Shown here in pieces: positions 29,206 through 39,180 of a stretch of 64,000 nt of DNA. Numbering within the stretch: position 1 is the stretch's first letter; every line of letters begins with the position of its first letter. The position numbers were made by a program, and so were the translations under genes. Under the pieces are notes generated by a model. That model saw only the letters and a list, made by a program, of their open reading frames with translations, made no database searches and was not told where the DNA came from. Origin of the DNA: Candidatus Heimdallarchaeota archaeon (GTDB lineage Archaea > Asgardarchaeota > Heimdallarchaeia > Heimdallarchaeales > Heimdallarchaeaceae); NCBI GenBank assembly GCA_016839945.1, contig JAEOTE010000007.1:21959-85958 (forward strand), in the 5' to 3' direction.

Positions 29206-30474
29206 TTACTCTTCCTCTCTTATTTTCTGAAGTAATTCATTAGCATAATCAAATGTCACTTTTTCTTCTTTAGTTAGTTGTTTAGCAACCTTGTCTATTT
29301 CTTCCCCTTGAGCTCCTGCATTAATTGCCATGTTTCTAGCATGTAGAGACATATGTCCTTTTTGAATCCCTTCATCGACCAAAGCTCTTAAAGCTGCTAG
29401 ATTTTGAGCTAATCCTACAGCTCCTACAATGTTAGTAAATTCTATAACATTAGAAACTTGAAGCAGTTTAAGAGAAAGCTTGTATATTGGATTCATATTA
29501 ATAGCTCCACCAACAGTTCCAATTGATAAAGGCATTTCCAGATACCCAACTAAATCCCCTTCCTCATTTTTCTCATATTTAGTTAATGCTTGATATTTAC
29601 CTGTTATAGCAGCAAATGCATGTGCTCCAGCTTCAACGGCTCTAGTATCGTTTCCAGTAGCCAATAAAACAGCTGTAACTCCATTCATGATTCCTTTATT
29701 GTGAGTTGTTGCTCTATATGGATCATTTTCAGCTAAATCGTTTGCTAGAAGAATCTTATTTACAATCTCATCTCCACCTAATTCTTCTTTATCAAAAGTT
29801 GCTTGAACTTTTACCATTCTTTTTAATCCATAGTTTGAAATGATTTTAAGAAGAGCTTTACCTCCAGTGTACTCTTCAATTTTTAGTTTGATTTCCTCAA
29901 CCATTGTATTAACTGCATTTGCACCCATAGCATCTTTGGTGTCAACTATGAGATGAAGAAGCATATAGTCACCTAATTGACCTCTGACTTGTCTAATCTC
30001 GATATCTTTTGCACCACCTTCTAAATCAGTCAGAACCTTATTTGTAGAATTAGCTAAATCCAGCAGGTAGTATTGGTTTTCTTTAATTATTTTTTTTGCT
30101 TCTTCAAAATCCTTAATCCCTAAAATTTGCATTTGGCCAATAGTATAAGAACCAGTGTACTCTGAAGTGAAACCTCCTTTTTTTCTTGCTATTTTTGCTG
30201 CATGACTTGCTGCAGCAACGATAGAGGTTTCTTCAATAGCCATAGGAATTAAATGCTCTTTCCCATTTACTATGAAGTTAGTAGCAATTCCCAAAGGTAA
30301 AGAAACTCTACCTACAACATTTTCTATCATATATCCTAGAATTTCTTCTCCCACTTCTTCTCCTTTTAGAATTGAAACATCATCTTCAGATAAGCTAAAA
30401 ATCTTCGACAAGATTTTTCTTCGTTTATCTATTGTTTTATCATAAAACTTGGATAATCTGGAACTAAATCCCAT
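29206..30474 (-). CDS. hmgA: Class I HMG-CoA reductase (archaeal, soluble)
   Basis: Catalytic-domain motifs include ENVVGRVSLPLGIATNFIVNG, DAMGANAVNT and GTVGG. Length is ~420 aa with no membrane domain. Confidence 0.9.
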   Translation of the reverse strand: MGFSSRLSKFYDKTIDKRRKILSKIFSLSEDDVSILKGEEVGEEILGYMIENVVGRVSLPLGIATNFIVNGKEHLIPMAIEETSIVAAASHAAKIARKKGGFTSEYTGSYTIGQMQILGIKDFEEAKKIIKENQYYLLDLANSTNKVLTDLEGGAKDIEIRQVRGQLGDYMLLHLIVDTKDAMGANAVNTMVEEIKLKIEEYTGGKALLKIISNYGLKRMVKVQATFDKEELGGDEIVNKILLANDLAENDPYRATTHNKGIMNGVTAVLLATGNDTRAVEAGAHAFAAITGKYQALTKYEKNEEGDLVGYLEMPLSIGTVGGAINMNPIYKLSLKLLQVSNVIEFTNIVGAVGLAQNLAALRALVDEGIQKGHMSLHARNMAINAGAQGEEIDKVAKQLTKEEKVTFDYANELLQKIREEE

Positions 30475-30518
30475 ATGTATAGAAAAGAATGGTAGTTAAA
30501 AAATGTTTATTTTTAGAA

Positions 30519-30737
30519 TTATAATTCTTCTAGAACTTGGATTTTTTGATCCTTGAATTGACGCATAATTCTAGTAACATAACCTGCTATCAGATTACGC
30601 ATTTTTTTTGACATAGGAGAACAGACTTCTTCAACTACATGTTTGTTGTTCTGAAAATCAGTATTTAACTGATCATGAAAATCACGGACAATTTGTTTTG
30701 AGATACGTTTTATTTGGCTAGTACGTATGTTACCCAT
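30519..30737 (-). CDS. rps17e: Ribosomal protein eS17
   Basis: MGNIRTSQIKRISKQIVRDF... is the characteristic eS17 N-terminus. Length is 72 aa. Confidence 0.85.
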   Translation of the reverse strand: MGNIRTSQIKRISKQIVRDFHDQLNTDFQNNKHVVEEVCSPMSKKMRNLIAGYVTRIMRQFKDQKIQVLEEL

Positions 30738-30805
30738 CTAATCACTATTTGAGCATTTACTTTTGATTTTAAAATCTTGCTATAAAAGGGAAATTAATGC
30801 TTAGT

Positions 30806-31525
30806 TTAGAAATAGAATTGTTCCGTTGCATAAACCTCTATACCATTTGGTGTAATCGCAAACGGTCTTTCTACCATTTCATGTTTCAAACCACGCATCT
30901 TTCTAATATTCAGACTTCGTATAGCTAAAGAATTTTGGTATTCATAGTTCAATACTATTACACCTTGACTCATGAACTCTTCAACACCAAATCTACTAAC
31001 TACCCCTCCTCTCATTTCGCTTGTTAGTATTGTTGTACATTCTAAAGAGGACATGACAGCACTTAATTTTAAGATTTGTTTTCTTATTTGTTGTTCAGTT
31101 TCCATTGAAAGTGCGAGAGCAGTAATACTGTCAATAACAACTCGTTCTGCAGAGGTTTTGTCTATAATTTCTACTAATTGTGTTATTAGCTCATCTACAT
31201 CAACCGGAGTTTGGTACTTTTCTTCAGAACTTACACCAGCTCTTGGACTGAATCCATCAATTAGAACTAATAAATTATCTTTTTCTAAATCATTTAGATT
31301 CCAGCCTAAATTCAGACATTCTTCTCTCACATGAGCAGGATGTTCATCAAAAGAAACAAAAATTCCACTTTCTCCTCCAGAAACAATACCATGATAAAGA
31401 AATTGTACTCCGAAAGTTGACTTTCCTGCTCCAGCAGGTCCAGAGACTAGAATTGTTCTTCCTTTCGGGAATCCTCCTCCAAGTATTCTATCTAGACCTA
31501 TAATACCAGTTTCAACAAGTTCCAT
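30806..31525 (-). CDS. KaiC-like / RadB-like RecA-superfamily ATPase (single domain)
   Basis: GIIGLDRILGGGFPKGRTILVSGPAGAGKSTFGVQFLYHG holds the Walker A and the KaiC-type QF. Walker B is LLVLIDGFS. Length is ~240 aa with no N-terminal HhH domain. Confidence 0.6.
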   Translation of the reverse strand: MELVETGIIGLDRILGGGFPKGRTILVSGPAGAGKSTFGVQFLYHGIVSGGESGIFVSFDEHPAHVREECLNLGWNLNDLEKDNLLVLIDGFSPRAGVSSEEKYQTPVDVDELITQLVEIIDKTSAERVVIDSITALALSMETEQQIRKQILKLSAVMSSLECTTILTSEMRGGVVSRFGVEEFMSQGVIVLNYEYQNSLAIRSLNIRKMRGLKHEMVERPFAITPNGIEVYATEQFYF

Positions 31526-31576
31526 AAGTGCTAATGTTTTTTTTAGATAAAAAGAATTTCGGAAGTATTAATGACA

Positions 31577-33385
31577 TTACTCAACTGATTCCAATTTCTT
31601 CAAATCCCATCCGCTTGTTGTACGAAAAACAAAAGTTGGGTGAGATATCTTATCAATTTGTAGAAGCAGTTCAACATCAAATTGTTTCTTGAAGTGTGAA
31701 GATGCTTTTACAAACTTGTATTTTCCATCAAGAATATTGATCACTGTACCGATTGGGGATTTCTCAGCTAGTTCAGCTGATTCATCTATTATCCCGATTC
31801 TTGCCATCATCCCCCAGTTCATTACTCTTATTAATGGATGAGTTTTATTTTTGCTTTTTACTTCCTCGATACCTAAGCAGTACATTGATGATTTTTGTTC
31901 CTCAGAAAGCTTCTCAAAAACAATGTAATCTGATGTAAGAAATTTCTGCAATTCTTTGGGACTTGTTCGCAAATTAAGATTTAATTGATAACTGGATTTT
32001 ATATCTGGAAAACGTTTGATCAGTTTGTTGTACAATGTTTGTATAGTCGATTTAGCATGCGATAAACCAGCAAAATAAAGCCAACTAAGATATTCGAGAC
32101 TTGCTATACACATTCCTTTATTCTTATTGTTTAATGATAAGTAGAAAGTTTGCTCAAACATTAATCCAGATTTATTCAAGTCATCCAATTGCATATATTT
32201 GAAACCAAGTTGATTGATAAATTCAATGTTATCATAATCATAATCCTTGGCTCTCTCTTCTGCCTTGTTGCCACCTAGAATAACTGTTAGTAAAACTAGA
32301 GCTTGTACAACATTAGCAACATCAGTTCGTTGATATTGATTACATTCATCTTCAAAAGCAGGAGTGAAGTAAGAGTTTAACCGTTGAATTTGTCCAGACA
32401 ACAAAAGAAGTATCATTCTAAGGAAATGTACATTTATTCCAAGTTCTTCAACAGCTCTTGAACTTTGAAACAGAATCATAAGGAGTTTGTCCATGTACAC
32501 TCTCGCTAAATCAAGTTTCTTATTTTCGATTAGACATATACATGCTAAATATTGTAATCGAGCTAACATTAGTAGAGATTCATTGTAAATAGGATGGTCT
32601 TCTATTTTGTCAACTACTAACTTCCAGTCAACTAAACTGTCTGTTATCTCTAATACTCTAGATAAGAGTTCTTCTTCTAATTCTCCATATTTTCCTTGAA
32701 TGAAATCGTCTTCAAGTCTATTAAGATCTCTCTGTATCTCAACCAATAGTTCGCTTAGTTGTAAAGATTCTATTGAAAAAACCTCTCCTTCTTTTAAGTC
32801 ACTTTGAGTTTGTTTAACCAATTTTTCTTCATATTCTGAACGAATTACGGATATTGCAGAGTCTAATATCTTTCTAATCCTTTTGACAGGATCATATCTA
32901 TTTGTGCTCTCGACTGAATATTGTATTTCAGCGGTAAATAATTTTGATTCAAGTTCTTTTAAAAAAGAATTAACTGATGGATTAGTATTTTCTTCAATTA
33001 CATATCTTACAAAAGCACTATCTATGAGTGTTGGAATATTGATTAGTTCAGCAGTTTCAAGCAATTTTAAATCACTACTTACAACAGTTGCATTTAATTT
33101 GTCTGCTAAGAAAATAACAGCTAAATCAGGTTTTTGAGGTAAATTTGTAGTTTTATCATGTAATTTTCTTAGAAATTTTTGAAATTCTGATTCAATAATC
33201 CCCCCAACTTTAACGTGAGGTAAAATTGCTCTTTGAACATAATATCTTAATTCATTTTTAATTTGAACAGGAATGAATACTTCTATTTTGAGTTTCTTTA
33301 AAACCTGAGCAAAAGTACCATATGAATCTGGTCGAGACTGAAATCCACTTATGAAAAAATTAGTATCTACAACATATACTGCCAT
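31577..33385 (-). CDS. PIN-domain protein with long alpha-helical (possibly TPR-like) C-terminal region, function unknown
   Basis: The N-terminal ~130 aa read MAVYVVDTNFFISGF...VVSSDLKLLE, PIN-like with acidic residues at the conserved positions (D7, E, D). The remaining ~470 aa show no recognisable NTPase motifs and are predicted helical. Confidence 0.45.
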   Translation of the reverse strand: MAVYVVDTNFFISGFQSRPDSYGTFAQVLKKLKIEVFIPVQIKNELRYYVQRAILPHVKVGGIIESEFQKFLRKLHDKTTNLPQKPDLAVIFLADKLNATVVSSDLKLLETAELINIPTLIDSAFVRYVIEENTNPSVNSFLKELESKLFTAEIQYSVESTNRYDPVKRIRKILDSAISVIRSEYEEKLVKQTQSDLKEGEVFSIESLQLSELLVEIQRDLNRLEDDFIQGKYGELEEELLSRVLEITDSLVDWKLVVDKIEDHPIYNESLLMLARLQYLACICLIENKKLDLARVYMDKLLMILFQSSRAVEELGINVHFLRMILLLLSGQIQRLNSYFTPAFEDECNQYQRTDVANVVQALVLLTVILGGNKAEERAKDYDYDNIEFINQLGFKYMQLDDLNKSGLMFEQTFYLSLNNKNKGMCIASLEYLSWLYFAGLSHAKSTIQTLYNKLIKRFPDIKSSYQLNLNLRTSPKELQKFLTSDYIVFEKLSEEQKSSMYCLGIEEVKSKNKTHPLIRVMNWGMMARIGIIDESAELAEKSPIGTVINILDGKYKFVKASSHFKKQFDVELLLQIDKISHPTFVFRTTSGWDLKKLESVE

Positions 33386-33438
33386 TAAACTATGTAAAAC
33401 AAGGGGTTATTTTTACTTTTTGTCCTATATATGAAAAA

Positions 33439-34368
33439 TTACATTATTTTGTTGTATAATTCAGTCAATCCTTCTTCAAGCTTAATGGATGGTGAAAATC
33501 CTAACAATTCCTTAGCTAACTCTATTGAAGCATAACTGTCTCTAATGTCACCTTTTCTAGGTTCTACAAACTTCGGAGAAATATCTTTCCCACTTATAGA
33601 GATGATTAATTCAGCTAGCTCAAGTATTGTTGTTTTAATCCCTGTTCCTACATTAAAGATTCTTCCTATTGCTTTTTCATTTTTAAGAATCAATTCAATT
33701 GCCTTAACAACATCCATTGCATGAACAAAGTCCCTAGTTTGTTTTCCATCATCTTCAATTATGGGTGATTCATTATTCTTAACTTTCTTAATAAACTTGT
33801 AAATGACACCAGAATAAGGATCATTTTCTTTCTGCAGTGAGCTGTAAATATTAAATGGGAGAACAACTGATGATCTTAAGTTATACAGTTGTGAGTATAA
33901 CAAGACATATTTCTCTGCAACATACTTACTCATTCCATAGGGTGATACGGGATTCTTTGGATGGTCTTCTGTTATTGGAAGAAACTGAGGTTGTCCATAA
34001 GTTGCAGCAGAGCTTACATAAATAAATCTTTCAACATTTATTTTCCTAGCAAATTCTAGTAGTTGAATGGTTCCGAGAATGTTTACATTAGCGTCGAAAA
34101 TCGGATTTTCCACTGATTTATTTATGTTTATTTGAGCAGCACAGTGTAGTATAAAATCTACATCTGGGATGCTTTCGTATATTTTGTGGTCCTGGATTTT
34201 CCCTTTTATAAGAGTTACATCATCAGGAGGGGCAACTTTAGGTGATGATTGATCATCTAAAAGTATAACATTATATCTGGATTTCAGTTCTGAATATGCG
34301 TGATAGCCTATCTGACCTAGTCCTCCGGTAATAAGAATAGTCTCTAAATCTTTTTCCATATATATCAT
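33439..34368 (-). CDS. NAD-dependent sugar-nucleotide epimerase/dehydratase (UDP-glucose 4-epimerase-like SDR)
   Basis: Rossmann motif ILITGGLGQIGYH, YVSSAATYG and the catalytic YGMSKYVAEKY (YxxxK). Length is ~305 aa. Confidence 0.8.
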   Translation of the reverse strand: MIYMEKDLETILITGGLGQIGYHAYSELKSRYNVILLDDQSSPKVAPPDDVTLIKGKIQDHKIYESIPDVDFILHCAAQININKSVENPIFDANVNILGTIQLLEFARKINVERFIYVSSAATYGQPQFLPITEDHPKNPVSPYGMSKYVAEKYVLLYSQLYNLRSSVVLPFNIYSSLQKENDPYSGVIYKFIKKVKNNESPIIEDDGKQTRDFVHAMDVVKAIELILKNEKAIGRIFNVGTGIKTTILELAELIISISGKDISPKFVEPRKGDIRDSYASIELAKELLGFSPSIKLEEGLTELYNKIM

Positions 34369-34451
34369 CGAGGGTAAAACTTTTTAAAAGCATAGCGTTC
34401 ATTTGCTCATAAATTGCATATATATGTTTTTTATATTCTAATGGTGAAAAA

Positions 34452-35537
34452 ATGACGAAAAAAGTACGCGTAGCAATAGCAGGATTAGGAAATTGCGCAT
34501 CTGCTCTAATACAAGGTTTAGAATATTATAAAAATGCAGATCCTGAATCTGATTATATCCCAGGTATAATGCATGTAAAATTTGGTGATTATCACATTTC
34601 AGATGTAGAAATTGTTGCAGCTTTTGAAGTAAGTACACTTAAGATTGGAAAAGATATTTCAGAAGCAATTTGGGAAGAACCGAACTGCTGCAATAAGTTT
34701 TCAGATGTTCCATACAAGGAAGTAGAAGTATTACCAGGTCCTATTGAAGATGGTGTAGCACCTCATATGAAGGAATCTTTTCATTGTTATGATGAATCCA
34801 AAGTGCAAGCTGTAGACGTTACTGATGTTTTAAGAAAAACAGAAACTGATGTTTTAATCAATTTCTTACCTGTAGGTAGTGAAACAGCAACAAGAAGATA
34901 TGCTCAAGCTTGTTTAGATGCAGGAGTTGCCCTCGCAAATGGCATACCAGCATTTATTGCATCTGATCCTGAATGGGGTCAGAAATTTACTGATAAGAAT
35001 ATACCCATTGCTGGTGATGATATAAAATCTCAATTAGGAGCAACAATTTTACATAGAGTGTTAGTAGGATTAGCACATGATCGAGGTATTAAACTTGATG
35101 AAACTTTTCAGCTCAATATAGGTGGAAATACTGACTTTGAGAACATGAAAAAAGAGTATAGATTAACAACTAAAAGAATCTCAAAAACACAAGCAGTAAC
35201 AAGTATGATACCTTATGAAGTGCCTACAAGAATTGGACCATCAGATTATGTTCCATTTTTGGAGGATGAGAAGATTTGTTACTTATGGCTAAAAGGTAAG
35301 AATTTCGGGGAACAACCACTAACTGTTCAACTGAAACTTTCTGTTCAGGATTCACCTAACAGTGCTGGTGTTATGATTGATGTTGTACGTTCTTTAAAAA
35401 TTGCTAAGGATAGAGGTATAGGTGGTCCTTTAATTGGTGTTTCTAGCTATTTCTTCAAACACCCTCCCAAACAAATACAAGATTCTGAAGCATTCCAACT
35501 AGTCGAGAAATTCATTAAAGGAGAAATAACAAACTGA
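34452..35537 (+). CDS. myo-inositol-1-phosphate synthase (archaeal/bacterial short type), copy 1
   Basis: The N-terminal NAD-binding motif reads VRVAIAGLGNCASALIQG. Length of ~360 aa is typical of archaeal MIPS. Copy 2 follows immediately in tandem. Confidence 0.75.
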   Translation: MTKKVRVAIAGLGNCASALIQGLEYYKNADPESDYIPGIMHVKFGDYHISDVEIVAAFEVSTLKIGKDISEAIWEEPNCCNKFSDVPYKEVEVLPGPIEDGVAPHMKESFHCYDESKVQAVDVTDVLRKTETDVLINFLPVGSETATRRYAQACLDAGVALANGIPAFIASDPEWGQKFTDKNIPIAGDDIKSQLGATILHRVLVGLAHDRGIKLDETFQLNIGGNTDFENMKKEYRLTTKRISKTQAVTSMIPYEVPTRIGPSDYVPFLEDEKICYLWLKGKNFGEQPLTVQLKLSVQDSPNSAGVMIDVVRSLKIAKDRGIGGPLIGVSSYFFKHPPKQIQDSEAFQLVEKFIKGEITN

Positions 35538-35547
35538 GGTGAAATGA

Positions 35548-36618
35548 ATGGAAAACGATACTATTAAGGTTGCAATTGCTGGAGTTGGTAATGTTGCTTC
35601 AGGTTTAATTCAAGGAATAATCTACATGAGAGAGTATGAGGAAGAAAAAGAGAATCTACTTCACCCAAAAATCGGAAGTTACGAAACTAAGAACATTCAA
35701 ATTGTTGCTGCATTTGATGTTGATTCAAGTAAAGTAAACAAAGATTTGTCAGAAGCGATTTTCGTTCCAATAAACAGTACTCCACAATTTATTCAAGTTG
35801 AACATTTAGGTGTTGAAGTAGTTAAGGGACCAACTAAAGATGGGCTTTCTAAACATCTAAGACAAGTCATTCAAGTTGCTGAAACTGAAGAGGCAAACAT
35901 TGTAGAAATTTTACAAAAAACAGGAACAGAGATTCTTATCTGTGCCATTCCTACTGGTGCTGAAGAAGCAGTTAAGACTTATGCTCAAGCAGCTATAGAT
36001 GCTGAGGTTTCCTTTATTAACTGTACTCCAACAAGAATCGCTAGCAATCCTGCTTGGGCTAGAAAATTCAAACAAGCTAACGTTTGCGTAATCGGTGATG
36101 ATTTACAGTCTCTAGCAGGAGGAACAGTTCTTCATAAAGGATTTCTAGATGTTCTAAAAGAGCAAGGTGTTAAAATAAAAGACACATATCAATTAGATGT
36201 CTCTGGTGGTCTTGAAACTCTTAATACTCTTGATGATGACAGAAAACAATATAAAAGAAATATAAAGGAGCGTTCAATCCAAGAATCTGTAATAAACGAG
36301 ATCAATATTGCTAGTGGAACCTCTGATTATCTAGAGTTTCTAGGAAATAGAAGAATAGGGCACTTTTGGATTTTTGGTGAAGGATTTATGGGTATGCCAG
36401 TTAAAATTGATATAAGATTAGAAACACTTGATGGTCCAAATGCAGCTGGGACACTTATAGATGTCATAAGAGCCACAAAAATTGCTATTAACAGAGCTGG
36501 AAATGGTCCAATAAGCTCTATCTGTGCTTATGGATTTAAAGCTCCTCCAGTTACAACAGACAGACATACCTCACATCAATGGCTTAATGAATATTTAGAA
36601 GGAAAAAGAACAGAATAA
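35548..36618 (+). CDS. myo-inositol-1-phosphate synthase paralog, copy 2
   Basis: IKVAIAGVGNVASGLIQG and co-linear similarity to copy 1 throughout (VAAFDV..SKVNKDLSEAI vs VAAFEV..LKIGKDISEAI). The gap to copy 1 is 10 nt. Confidence 0.7.
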   Translation: MENDTIKVAIAGVGNVASGLIQGIIYMREYEEEKENLLHPKIGSYETKNIQIVAAFDVDSSKVNKDLSEAIFVPINSTPQFIQVEHLGVEVVKGPTKDGLSKHLRQVIQVAETEEANIVEILQKTGTEILICAIPTGAEEAVKTYAQAAIDAEVSFINCTPTRIASNPAWARKFKQANVCVIGDDLQSLAGGTVLHKGFLDVLKEQGVKIKDTYQLDVSGGLETLNTLDDDRKQYKRNIKERSIQESVINEINIASGTSDYLEFLGNRRIGHFWIFGEGFMGMPVKIDIRLETLDGPNAAGTLIDVIRATKIAINRAGNGPISSICAYGFKAPPVTTDRHTSHQWLNEYLEGKRTE

Positions 36619-36642
36619 TTTTTTCTTCAAATCCTTTCTTTT

Positions 36643-37662
36643 TTAGAACTTAAGGGATTTTGTTATTTCTATAAGTTTAGCTCTTGGAATAGATTGAGGA
36701 AATTTCTTTAAAATTGATATTGCTTTCTCAACATACAGTGAGACTTTTGTTTTTAATGAATCAATTGATCCTGATTTGATTAGTATGTCTTTTATTTTGG
36801 TTGGAGAGAAATCTTCTTTTTCAAGATAGTATTTTTCTAGTATCTCTCTATCAGAATTTTCAGTTGTTTCAAAAGCTTTGAGAACTAGGAATGTCTGAAT
36901 TCTGTTTGTAATATCAGTCCAAACTCCTGATTTCCCTAATTCTTCTTCAGAAGACAATAAAGAGAGTATGTCGTCTCTAAGTTGAAATGCTCTACCAAAG
37001 TATATTCCAAAGTTTTTCATGAGCTCCCTATCTTCTTTGGTAGAATCTCCAATTATTACTCCAATTACTGATGCTGCTTCAAATAAACAAGAAGTTTTTC
37101 TGTCGATTAATTTTATAGCTTCATCCTTTAACATTTTTCTCTCCCCTTTCCTGAATTTTTCTTCAAGAAATAGGGAAGTGGATAATGTATGCAAAGCTTT
37201 GAGTAGTTCATCAACAACTTCCAAAACCTGAGTTTTTGTTGCTAGACTAAGGGCTAAACTACTCATTGAGTAAGACAAAGAAATTGCTGCAAAAGTTGAA
37301 AACTCAAGATAGAAGGACTTTTCTTTTCTTCTAAAAATATCCTTATCAAAGACATCATCAACTAAAAGTGTAGCGTTATGAATCACTTCTAAAGCACAGG
37401 CTGCTGCATAACTTATATCATTTCTTTCTTGCTTTGATATCATCTCAAATGAAAGAAGACAAATCAAAGGTCGTATTCTCTTACCGCCTTTCCTCAAAAT
37501 ATGATCAATAAGTTCAGTTATCTCTTCATCATAAGGACTTTGATCTCTAAGATTAGACAAATAAGAGTTAATTTGATTCACTTCTTCAGAGAAATCTAAG
37601 CTAGATTTAGGCACTAGTATCAACTTATAGCAACAATAGATGTAAAAAAACTTTTTGAACAA
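36643..37662 (-). CDS. idsA: Short-chain (E)-prenyl diphosphate synthase, probably geranylgeranyl diphosphate synthase
   Basis: The first aspartate-rich motif is LLVDDVFDKD and the second is FQLRDDILS. There is an unusual hydrophobic ~25-aa N-terminal extension (MFKKFFYIYCCYKLILVP). Confidence 0.8.
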   Translation of the reverse strand: MFKKFFYIYCCYKLILVPKSSLDFSEEVNQINSYLSNLRDQSPYDEEITELIDHILRKGGKRIRPLICLLSFEMISKQERNDISYAAACALEVIHNATLLVDDVFDKDIFRRKEKSFYLEFSTFAAISLSYSMSSLALSLATKTQVLEVVDELLKALHTLSTSLFLEEKFRKGERKMLKDEAIKLIDRKTSCLFEAASVIGVIIGDSTKEDRELMKNFGIYFGRAFQLRDDILSLLSSEEELGKSGVWTDITNRIQTFLVLKAFETTENSDREILEKYYLEKEDFSPTKIKDILIKSGSIDSLKTKVSLYVEKAISILKKFPQSIPRAKLIEITKSLKF

Positions 37663-37667
37663 AGTAA

Positions 37668-39161
37668 CTAGAAAAGTGATTCTCCCATAGATGAACAGAA
37701 TTCTAGAAAATTTACATTTAATACTAATAGAAGAATTATCATAAACAAAACAAGAATCAAAGATATATGAACTCCTGGTTCAACTGTTTTTTGTACATAT
37801 GGTTTCTCGAATGTTTCAAAGAACAAGGATTTGAGAACTCTTATCAAATAGATACTTGAAAAAGCTAACACTAATACATAAACAACAGATATGAGAATAA
37901 GATAATCACTAATAATCTTAAAGAGAAGAATTTCTGTTAAGAAACCTATTATTACAGGAAAAACAAACAGAAGTATAAAACTTGTTGAAACTATTATAGA
38001 AAGAACAATACGCATTTTTCCTATCCCTTTCAAGTCCTCAATGTTTTCTGAATCAAAACATTTTGACAAATAACTTACAGCAATTGAAGAAAATGAAAAT
38101 AATAGAACATATCCTATAAGATTCAATGAAAGATATTGCATAACTTGAAGTTGTTTTGGGTAGGACAGATATCCAGATAATGAGAAAGCTAGGATAAGAA
38201 AAATAGAACCAATATGAATCTGACTAATATAATGTAAGAGCTTCTTCAAATTTGGAACTGTAATTGAAGAAAACACACCCCATAAAGCTAATATGAAACC
38301 AATGATAATGAACAGCCAAATTAAGAGATTGATAATAGATGAATCTCTATTATTTACCGCTATTTTTACCATAAATGAGATACTAATCCCTTTTTGAATA
38401 ATGGTAAGAATGCTTGAGCTAGACATGTTATTATCATCCGTAAAACCTAATGACCAAAAGTGGAATGGTGGGAAACCTAATTGAATTAGAAGAGAAATTA
38501 CTATCAGGATTATACTCAAGTATTCCCAAATATTAAGGAATGCAGCCTCTAAAATGACTTCGAAACCATTCACAGCAATGAAATGACACGAAATTCCAAA
38601 GAAAAGCAATGTTAGTGATAACCCATTTAAGATTGTATAAGGTGAGATTATTTTTGTAAGCTTGTCTTCAGTAGCGTTCTGTAGATACCTGAAATAAATA
38701 TTGAGACCAGCATATAGAAGGATAAAACCAAAAAATATAACAAGCCAAGAATTTGAGGAGAAAATAAAGAATGAACTGGATTGCAAAACTAGAAGAGAAA
38801 TAAATGCAAAATAACTTCTTTCCGAATTTTTACTAGTTTCTACAATAGTTAGAAATTCAAGTAATATGATTCCAACACTAATTGCTAAGTAAATACCAGA
38901 GGAAAATGGATTAATTTCGAATACTTGTATTTCTGGAATACCATTTTCGAACGGAGTAAGAATGTATGAAAACAGAACAACAGATATGATAGAACATAAT
39001 ATAGAACAATAACCAAAAATGAGTCTCATTCGTCCCTGAAACACAACAAATTTCTTAGCTATTTTATGTGATAATAATCCTGTAGTCAGAATAAGGATTA
39101 TCCCTAAGAGTAGTAGCTCTAGATGCAAGTAGTTAAAGAAAATTGAAGAAATATAACTCAT
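37668..39161 (-). CDS. Complex-I NuoN / MrpD-like proton-conducting membrane transporter subunit (PF00361-like)
   Basis: About 14 TM helices. GFPPFHFW parallels the H-x-WLPDA region. KKLLHYISQIHIGSIFL parallels the K.LLAYSSI.H.G signature of NuoL/M/N-MrpA/D proteins. The protein is strongly divergent. Confidence 0.45.
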   Translation of the reverse strand: MSYISSIFFNYLHLELLLLGIILILTTGLLSHKIAKKFVVFQGRMRLIFGYCSILCSIISVVLFSYILTPFENGIPEIQVFEINPFSSGIYLAISVGIILLEFLTIVETSKNSERSYFAFISLLVLQSSSFFIFSSNSWLVIFFGFILLYAGLNIYFRYLQNATEDKLTKIISPYTILNGLSLTLLFFGISCHFIAVNGFEVILEAAFLNIWEYLSIILIVISLLIQLGFPPFHFWSLGFTDDNNMSSSSILTIIQKGISISFMVKIAVNNRDSSIINLLIWLFIIIGFILALWGVFSSITVPNLKKLLHYISQIHIGSIFLILAFSLSGYLSYPKQLQVMQYLSLNLIGYVLLFSFSSIAVSYLSKCFDSENIEDLKGIGKMRIVLSIIVSTSFILLFVFPVIIGFLTEILLFKIISDYLILISVVYVLVLAFSSIYLIRVLKSLFFETFEKPYVQKTVEPGVHISLILVLFMIILLLVLNVNFLEFCSSMGESLF

Positions 39162-39180
39162 CTTAATACACCTCTTCTAT

